Positions 11,456-20,000 of a stretch of 20,000 nt of DNA are shown in pieces. Location of the stretch: contig NW_027117354.1 of the NCBI RefSeq assembly GCF_038025025.1, forward strand, positions 236,297 to 256,296. Direction: 5' to 3'. The position numbers and the translations under genes are program-made. The notes beneath the pieces are model-generated. The model was not told where the DNA came from, did not search any database, and saw only the letters and a program-made list of their open reading frames with translations. The stretch comes from Phyllosticta citribraziliensis (Eukaryota). Positions within the stretch are counted from its first letter, which is position 1. Every line of letters starts with the position of its first letter.

Positions 11456-13548
11456 ATGGGCTCCCGCTCGTTACATCACGTCATCACCCAGAACTCGATA
11501 GCCTTTAATGCCTTTATTTATGGGTGAGTCGCTTTGGATGCCACTAGTCTGCCTGCTAATGAACAAGATATGCTGGCCACTCGCTTGTCACGCCTCACGC
11601 GCCGCTTTGCCAGATCTGGTGGACCCAAGAACGCATCGACGACAGAGTCACGGAAGAATACATCGCATCCCGCCTCCGCTACGAATCCAAGCAGAAACTC
11701 GTCACACCGCTGGCCTTTGACGGATTGACCGACGACACGTACCTGGACTGGATTCTGGAAAAGGCAAAGCGATTCTTCCTGATTCTCTGCGAGATTGGCG
11801 TGCCGGAGCAGATTTTCCGCATCATCGACGACTCGTGGGACGACGATGAGCTGCCCATATCGCTGGACGCCGTCGACCGGCTGGGTTTGGACGAGGCGCT
11901 GAACAAGAAGTTTTACCACACGCAATTCACCTTTCTGCTCCGGGAGCTACGGCAGGGCAGCCATGTCGACTATGGCGAGAACGAGGCGATTCCGCTCGAA
12001 TACGTGCACGCTTTTCCGGCCGCGGCGAACCTCCAGCATTGGTCGAGGGTCCATCTTCCCGGCGGTGCGCAGAAATTTGTGCGCAGGCGCATTTCACTCG
12101 GGGAGGGCACGTCAGAAGCAGAATTTCGGAGGGAGGTCAGACTGGCGCAGGCACTGCAGCACGACCACATTGCGCCGGCATGGGCGTCATATACTTCGAA
12201 AGGAGATGGCTTTGTGCTATCGTCGTTTGTGGGTCACCACACGCTTCAAACCTTCATATACCACCGGACCGCTCCCCAGTACATGAGGCTGTCGAAGAAG
12301 GAACGCCAGAAGCTGGTCCTGGACTGGATGCACTGTTTGGTCGACGCTGTCGCAACGCTACACGCATCTTTCCTCATGCATGGCGCCATTTATCCGTCCA
12401 ACATTCTCATCGACCACGACAACAACATTGCCTTTAGCGACATTGGCACGCTCCAAAGCTTTCAGAAAGACAAGCGCAACTCCTCCGAAGAAATGTACAA
12501 CTACGCCGCCCCTGAAACCCACGAATTCGCCCTGTTCCGTCTCCTCAGCCCCATATCCAGCCCCCGAGAATCGCGGCGGTCGTCAGTGGACAGCTCAATC
12601 TCCTCTCTCACATCGGAGAGTGGGCGCTCCAGAACGAGGAAGAAGCTGGGCCCGCGAAGTACTTCATTCTCCGGGAGGACCCCCGATTTCACCAAGCTCA
12701 ACAAGACCAAGCCGCTCGACGACGATATTGTGCCATGGAGCAGTCCAGAAGCCGACATTTTCTCCCTCGGCTGCGTCTTCCTCGACATGCTCACCTTCAT
12801 GCTGCGCAAAAAGCCCGGCGACTTTGTCAAGCACCGGACGACCAAGCACAAGACCGCAGCAGGCAACAAAAGCAACACGCGCACCGACGCGTCGTTCCAC
12901 TCCAATCTGGGTAAATTAGACGCATGGATGGAGTTGCTGGAGCGACTGGCCCTAGAACAAGACGACCGCCATTTTCGCGCCGTTGGTCCCTTGCTCCAGC
13001 TCGTCCGCGACATGGTCCACCGCGAGCCGTCGGCGCGTCCAAATGCCTACGTCGTGGCAGGACGCCTTCGCGACATTCTGTTCGACAGCGCCGCCCTCGT
13101 CTCGCTGCATTGTGAGGTCCGGCCGCGCGTGCTGCGCATGGAGCATCCGGGGCAGCCGTGGACGGCGCCGATCAAGACGAGACCGCGCAGTCCGTTGCCG
13201 CCGCCCCTAGTCCCGCAACCTCCAGACCTCAAGCCCATTCCGGAAGACGAGGCGGCGGAGGAGGAGCGCGCGCGTGGGGAGTTCGTTTCACATGACCAGC
13301 TTCAGTGTGGTTTTGGCGATGTGATACCACCGGAGATGTCGTCAGCAACGCTGCGCCATTCCATGGCCGACTCGATGATGAGCGAGGTGACAGAGGCGAC
13401 ATTTGTTGGGTCACTGAGCCCGCCGCGGCCCAAGTCGGTGCGCTCACTGAAATCGGTTTGGAACCACAGCTTCGCTGCCTCTCCGGGGAGTGGTGGGCGA
13501 TGGAGCTCGCTCAAGGCGGCTGGGAGATTTGTCAAGGACGTGACGTGA
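11456..13548 (+). CDS. protein-kinase-fold protein, probable pseudokinase (~682 aa); exons 11456-11523, 11568-13548
   Basis: Kinase subdomains HGAIYPSNILID, AFSDIG, YNYAAPE, ADIFSLGCVFLD, P.ARP. The frame is open upstream of the ORF-track TTG (IWWTQERIDDRVTEEYI). A 44-nt intron 11524-11567 (GTGAGT..GCTAAT..AAG) links it in frame to GCC-ATG-G at 11456. The 5' exon is less certain than the body. Confidence 0.82.
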
Positions 13549-16042
13549 GCGTGAGGCCAGTGTGATGTGTCATTGTGGTGCGGGAAAGACTGATCCTACC
13601 TTCGGTTCGCCCCGTCCCGCTAGGTCATCAGGTGTGGGACAGCTTGGTCAGAGGCTGCCGTCCATCGTCGTTCTCGAGGTACCCGGGTCTTCCGTATGTA
13701 CGTGTGCAACTCACCGCAGCAGCCGGCGAGCCTCTTGATCGACTTTTTCAACCTCTCCATCGTCCAACACCTAACCAGATCCAAGTAGCAGTCGGCCGCT
13801 GCCTTCTACAACTTCCATCGTTCCACAAACGAGCCATCGGCACCTCGAATTCGCACGGAGCAAAGTCCATGACAGAGGGAACATCAACTCGCCCGCAAAC
13901 GCAAAAGCAAATCCCACAAACTCTCGCACCAACAAACCCGCGGTTAGATCCACAAGCACCTATTTGCGCTGGCTGGTTTTCAACACGCATTCCGCCAAAG
14001 ACAGAGATTGGAAGATTGCACACGTAGACCCGACGCGTCGTCACGCAGCCACGAACCACGTCGACCCAACAGACTGGAGCAAAAAGCAGCCATGACGCCA
14101 CTCTATGCACGCCAATCCAGAAAGAGGAAAAAGTAGAGCCGATTGCAGGAAAATTTCTTCTCGTATCAACGAGGAAACGAGAAAAAGGAACGACCGTGGA
14201 GGAAGACGACGAGCGCACGAAACCAGTCCGTCCGACTCATCTCTCCCATCATCATCAACCTCAAACAGGATGAGGCGACGCGCATGCATGCATGCACGTT
14301 TGCGGAAGCATGAGGCGTGCGTCATTTTGACATGAGAGGAAACGGGAAAGGAGAGATCCGATCTGCCAGCCTGCAGCTTGACGCCTGTCTCTTGTCGCGG
14401 ACAAATTGACCGAATGTCCGTCCGTCCGGGTGATTTTCATCTCTTTCCTCATGTTCCTTGAGCGTCAACGAGCAAAAGCAAGGGCGATTCGTGAGCGGGA
14501 TGGTTGCGTTTGAGTGTGAGGCGGGCAGGGCTGGTGTCAAATTCAAGGGAAAATTCTGGCAGACGTCAGGCAGAGCGAGTTGAAAGAAGGAGGAAGAATA
14601 TACCCATAGAACACTTGCTTCATCCCACGTTACACTCAGGCAAGCCAAAGCTGCTTCGATGTGCCTCGGCATCTTTCCTGCTGCCTCCGCAAAAGGCCTT
14701 TCCACACAACGGCTGTGGAGGTGTGTTTCAATTGTTGTCCTCGCCTCGCCCCAAGCCTGTGTTCTTGTTTTCTGTTTCTGTGACACTACCAAAGATCTAC
14801 GAAACGCAGGTATCCGTCCGGTCAGCCACGCGCGAGGTTCGAGAGGCTGGGGTGGCAGAGACGCACGCTCGGTGAGGGATGGGAGCCAGGGAGCTCAACC
14901 GGGAGAAGTTGGGCTGCATCCAAGTCGCACGAGCAGCAGATTGGACTGCGCTGGAATGGCGGGTAGGTGCTCCACGCGAGAGGGGCAGGAAATTGTCATT
15001 GTGGTACAAAACAACACGCGCGCGACGGAGGAGGTGGGGGCGACAATGGCGAGGAGATGAGGAAGCCGAGCTGGATGTAACGACGCGCCAAAGAGGCGGA
15101 CGAGCGTGGACGGCTCAAGAGCCTCGCCGAGTGAGAAGTGTGCTCTCTTTCTATTTATTTTCCCGGTTTTTCCTTCTCAGCCTCATGGACAGATGTTAAG
15201 AGATGGGCAGCCCTTCCCCGACCGTCCTGTGAGTCAAGGTACTCGCCGCCATCGGACGTCGTACCTAAGATCTTTCCCGTCACGACCGTGGATTTTGAGG
15301 CAGTTTGGGTGTCTCCAGGGCGGAAGTCGATACTCAACGGCGCCAGCTGCGGAAAAGCCGGAGATGTCTCGTCCCGGGAGGAGTCATGGCATCAAAATAC
15401 TTTCCATGGGAATCCGACTCGTGGTTTGGTGTTCATGAAGCATCAAGCTCTGTCTTGATCGTACTGGGCTTCGTCGGTGCCATCAGAAGCCTCGAAATGG
15501 CGCTGTATCGGTGAGCGCACAGGAATCAAACACGGATAGAAGATGTCCAAAGGGGCATCCATGGTGGTGTGCAGGTTGAGGTGTTGAGCAGGCATGCAGT
15601 TGGCGTTTGTGCCGTCAACGGAAACGCTCAAGCAAACGCGTCCACCTGTCAGTCAGCCGACATCAAGCAGGAGAAGCGATGCGGCGAGGAGTGTAGGCGT
15701 GATGGTAGGTTGGGGTGACGGGAGGCGGGAAGGTTGGAGGGGAATTTTGAAGTCACTGACGTCAAGCAGCCAAAACAGGAAGGCACGACCCCGGCAGTAC
15801 CCTTTTCCCTCCCAACGCGACCGTAGCCGAGTCTCTGGCAAACGACATATTATCGGCCGTCATGGATTCGCTTAATTCTTCGCTCTCTGTTGGTTCCACG
15901 AAGTTTTCTCTCTCCCAGCCCTACCACCGCATCATTTATGCAAACGCAAGGTAAACATTTCCAGTGTCATTCCGTGGTGATTGGCTGACTAACAGTATGC
16001 AGACGATTGAGTGCGCTCCAAACTTTGTTCCCAGTCGGCACC

Positions 16043-16636
16043 ATGGTTTCCTTCTTGTTCAAGGTAAGCCTGGCACTCCACTTCTACTGAGGCAGCTTTG
16101 AGCCAACTCCCCTTCTTCCTCAGAAAATCGTGGACGCTCGTCACCGAATGCTCGCCAGCGGCGACTCGAAGGAAACGCGCATTGGCCACGGCAAGGACAA
16201 AGACAAAGCCTCCAAGGGCCCGACTACCGAAGACACCAACGACGACTCTGTTCTTGAGCCGCCAGACCGCGACAGCAAAGAAGATGGCTCCAAGACTCCG
16301 ACCAACGACGGCGGCAGCGACTACGACTCCGATGTCGAACTTTCAGACCGCCACCGAGCCCTGTTCGCCGCCGCCGACGAGGCCGCTGCGCGGAACCTCG
16401 CGCTCATGGTAGAGGTCCGAGCAATGCGTAACATCCACAACACGGAACATCTCCTTGACAGGCACGCGGTAGAGGTGGAGCTCCAGAATATTCTGGGCGA
16501 ACAACGCGACAACGAGATCGAAGTGTTGAAGCAACGCGTCGAGGAGCAGGACAGGGTGATTGAGGAGATGGAGAAAGAACTTACGAGACTGAGGGAGGAG
16601 GTCTTGATGCACTCTCTTGCGAAAAGGAAATCCTAG
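16043..16636 (+). CDS. hypothetical acidic/coiled-coil protein (~177 aa); exons 16043-16063, 16124-16636
   Basis: ACC-ATG-G start. Intron 16064-16123 (GTAAGC..CTGAG..CAG) joins MVSFLFK in frame to KIVDARHRML. C-terminal heptads EIEVLKQRVEEQDRVIEEMEKELTRLREEV. A further upstream intron 15951-15995 (GTAAAC..ACTAAC-AG) is possible. Confidence 0.62.
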
Positions 16637-16879
16637 GAAGCGGTGGTGTTGGATGGTGACTGGGTTTCCTGGGCATGTTTGAGCGCGGCGAATAGGGAAA
16701 CCGGCTTGGCTTAGGCCTGTTTATGTGCTCTGGTTTTGCATTCAGTCACCTCCGTAAGCTTTAAGAAGGGTGCCAATAGCAGTCTTAGACATCAACCGCG
16801 CATCCCACTCGGCGTCGCTCCATTGCTCCGCACGATTCGCTTTAGGTGCGCTGTGTTGTAAGGTGTTACAAGGTGATAT

Positions 16880-16906
16880 CCCCCCCCCCCCCCCCCCCCC
16901 CCCCCC
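16880..16906. repeat. C27 homopolymer (G27 on minus strand)
   Basis: Read directly; exact length may be a sequencing estimate. Confidence 0.9.
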
Positions 16907-18889
16907 GGCCTTCACTTTCAATCCAGTCGCTCATCGTTATCTCTAAGATCTCTAACCGCTATGTCTAAATTCTATAACAGCCGTAAGTGAGTCTGCGACG
17001 ACGACGATAAAGATAGCGATACTGTTACGGCGCCTGTTATAGAATTGAGTAGTTAATTCGCAGCGTCGTCTTATTAAGGTATTCGCGCCTATCAATGAGG
17101 CTCTAGCGCCGCGCGCGCGTGCCTAAGGCAGCAATATCACGTGACCTAAGTGAGGCTTTACTTATATATATTATATACTCTATATACTATCTAGCTAGAA
17201 AATCTTACTTATTCTTTACTACTCTCTTTATATAATAATAGTAGCTAAAAGTAGATTTCTATTAAAAAGTAATAGATTAATATCTAATAAGATAAGTTAT
17301 ATTATAATATCTAATTATTAGGCTATAATTTAAAGAATCTAGATACTAGAACCTAATTTAATAAACCTATTATATAATCTTATAAGCTAGGCTTATTAAG
17401 TCTAGCTATTAAGTAAAATAGTATTTAATTTTTTTTTTTTTTATCTCTTCCTTTTCTTCTCTAGTTTAAATTTAAAATAGCTAAATATATTATTTACTTC
17501 TTTAAGTCTTTTATAAATCTAAACTCTTTTCTTAAATATTTAATATTACTAATTAGTAGATTATATATTAATCCCTTTATACTATACTAAGAACTATAAT
17601 ACTAATACTATATTTAACTACTATTTTAATAATTCTAATAACCTACTATTCTTAAAATCTAGCTACTATTAATATAATACTAGATCTATTTTATTTTTAT
17701 TTTATATTAATAAAATTAAACTAGTCTCTTTTTATACCCTTATCTTTAAGAAAAATTCTATAAAGATATTAAATATTAAAAAATTCTATTATACTACTTC
17801 TTCTAATCTTTTTAAAATAAAAAAAGATAAAGCTATAATTAATCTAGCTAATATTTTTTTATTTTTAATTAAAGATATAGATTATAAGTCTATTATAATT
17901 TATAATTAACTTAGCTCTAGCTATATTAAAATAAAAATTTTAAACTTAAAATTTAATTTTATCTTATTTCTTTTTTATAATTCTAGCTACTTATACTTTA
18001 TATCCTTTTAATTTACTTTTAGCTACTATTTTAATAACTATTTTAAATTAGTTTCTTTTACTATTAATTATTTTTTTAACTTTCTTCTAGATACCTTTTT
18101 AAGATACTTTAAGCTTATAAAAAAAAAACTTAAATAGTAGAGTATTTCTTTTACTTACTACTTTTAAAAAAAAAGATACTTTATATTAAATAAATAAACT
18201 TTTAAATAAACTTTAAGCTCTTTAATATACTTTTATAAATTCTTAAGACTAAGTTTTCTACTATAATAATTTATTTTATTAATAAAAAGCTATATATTTA
18301 TCTCTCTAATAGAAGTTAAATAGGATATAGATAGAAATATCTATTTATACTATTATTTAAACTTAATTCTACTTTAATTAAGATCTTTTTCTTTAGAATA
18401 GAGCTATTAATATAAACTACTAATTTTTTTATTATTATTTTAATATATATTATACTACTCCTTTAAGATATAGTACTTTAATTATTAGTATTAACTTACT
18501 AGTAAACTACTATATAAAAAGTTTTAATTTTAAAAATAAGTTTAATAGTAAGGACCCTATTAAGTTTATTCTTTAAAAATATATAGTAAAACTTAAACTT
18601 AAAATAGATACTCCTTTATATTTCTTAAACTATTAAATAAACTACTATATATTTAAGTAACTTAATAAACCCTTATTTAATTTTATAAATTACTAGATTA
18701 TAAATAATTAAGCTATATTATAAGATTTTTTAAATAAAATTAAAAACTATACTAGAGTTAAAAACCTAATTAAAAAGACTTATTATAACTTACTATAAGT
18801 TAAATAGTAAAATAGTAAGAATATTATATAGTACTATTAATATCTCTTAGTTTTTTAGAACTATATTAATATATTTAAAAAGAACTAGT
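16907..18889. mobile_element. RIP-degenerated AT-rich subtelomeric repeat/transposon relic (family unidentifiable)
   Basis: From ~17160 extremely AT-rich and TpA-rich. By eye, CpA/TpG and CpG are essentially absent and surviving C is in CT/CC context. No ORFs. 16907-17160 is a partially mutated transition zone. Confidence 0.8.
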
Positions 18890-19006
18890 TTAGGGGTTAG
18901 GGTTAGGGTTAGGGTTAGGGTTAGGGTTAGGGTTAGGGTTAGGGTTAGGGTTAGGGTTAGGGTTAGGGTTAGGGTTAGGGTTAGGGTTAGGGTTAGGGTT
19001 AGGGTT
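18890..19006 (+). repeat. telomeric repeat array: one variant TTAGGGG + (TTAGGG)18 + TT
   Basis: Perfect TTAGGG units 18897-19004. G-rich strand on +, the orientation of a right chromosome end for the DNA on its left. Confidence 0.97.
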
Positions 19007-20000
19007 GTACACGGTCACCGGCACTGGCAATGCAATTCTTTCCAACCGAATTTCCCTACTTCTACAACCTTCACGGGCCGAGCGTGACAGTGGAATACGG
19101 CCTGTTCTTCGTCCCTGGTTGCTTTCATCTGGGAAACGCTCTCTCCACGACAAGGAAGCCGACATCTCCATTGTCGTAGGATCTTCCCTCCACTTCGACC
19201 CCAACATCTTCATCACCATGACCGACCTCGGAATGCTTTCAACCGACGGTCGTTGCCGGGCGTTTGACGAAAAGGGCTCTGTTATGTTCGTGGTGAGGGG
19301 TATCTGCGCTGTGGTTCTCAAGCGGCCGCAGCGACGCGGAGTTGAGCGGAGACTGGATTCGCGCAGTCGTGCGTACCACCGGAGTAAACACACGACGGTC
19401 GCAAACAGGGTATTACCTACCGAACACGGACGCCAGGAGGCGCTCATCCGGGCCACGTACGAGAATGCCGGGCTGGATCCCGCCGAAACCCAGTACTTCG
19501 AGGCCCACGGCACTGGCACGAAGGCGGGTGATCCGAACGAGACCCGCGCGATCGGTGCTGTGTTTTTCTCCCCAACAGGAACGACAACATCGTCGTCGGC
19601 TCCGTCAAGACCAACATTGGCCACCTGGAGGGTGCGTCCGGCCTTGCGGCTCTCGTCAAGACGACCATGGCCCTCGAAAAAGCCCAAATCCCGCCGAACA
19701 TGCACTTTGAGACCCCAACCCGGCATCAAGTCAGCGACTGGAAAATCACCGTTCCCCAGAAGTTGATGGACTGGAAGCCCGGTTCCAACCGGTGTTCGCA
19801 GGGCGAGTATCAACTCTTTTGGCTACGGAGGTACCAACGCCCACGTGGTGCTCGAGGATAACCAACCGCCCGAGCCTATCGTCGAGGCTATGCACTTCTC
19901 CCGGAGCCTTTGGCTCCCATGCGTCACTCAGAGGCCCTTCCTTGCTCCTCTTTCAGCCCACACCGACAGGGCCGGCAAACTTCAGGTTGCACAGCTCATT
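19005..20000 (+). pseudogene. frameshifted fragment of a fungal type I (reducing-type) polyketide synthase: C-terminal part of KS domain and start of KS-AT linker
   Basis: Across frames: [36 protein letters not shown] (Cys TGT 19103-19105), DGRCRAFD, YFEAHGTGTKAGDP (His 19506), VGSVKTNIGHLEGASG (His 19622), [28 protein letters not shown]. Starts mid-domain and needs more than a dozen 1-nt indels. May be an error-rich read of an intact gene. Confidence 0.85.

Noticed and set aside
13575..15860. Assorted ORFs and a short (ATGC)n palindrome at ~14282-14296
   Set aside because: No protein-like signal; the palindrome is a 3-4 unit self-complementary microsatellite.
1..16900. Telomerase RNA template or additional interstitial telomere seeds
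   Set aside because: Only short GGGTTAG matches (e.g. ~2456, 2483, 8586, 8750) were noticed, and they coincide with minus-strand intron CTAAC branch-type motifs.
18890..19006. CRISPR-like or prokaryotic repeat system
   Set aside because: Spacer-less hexamer tandem repeat in an intron-containing fungal context; it is a canonical telomere sequence.
19005..19766. 253-aa ORF as an intact protein
   Set aside because: It drifts in and out of the true KS frame through compensating indels and begins at a TTG formed at the telomere junction.
18890..19813. 307-aa minus-strand ORF ending in (NP)n
   Set aside because: Antisense shadow of the PKS fragment plus translation of CCCTAA repeats.

Overview
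Filamentous ascomycete (Pezizomycotina-type) genomic DNA with short GT..CTRAY..YAG introns, running into what looks like a right-hand chromosome end. The GC-balanced part (1-16.9 kb) holds eight gene models: the 3' part of a Deg1/Pus3 tRNA pseudouridine synthase, an orphan ORF, a small RfeG-domain-like gene, a 3-exon small secreted cysteine-rich protein, a Det1-like histidine phosphatase divergent from a PRKRIP1/DUF1168 gene, a protein-kinase-fold pseudokinase and an orphan coiled-coil gene. A C27 run follows, then ~2 kb of RIP-type AT-rich DNA and 18 perfect TTAGGG repeats. Sequence continues beyond the telomere array with a mid-gene type I PKS ketosynthase fragment full of single-base indels. 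That junction is the most striking feature. It is either a real telomere fusion/interstitial telomere or, more likely in my view, a chimeric or unpolished long-read overhang. Gene models and family assignments are manual, from motif recognition, with no database searches.
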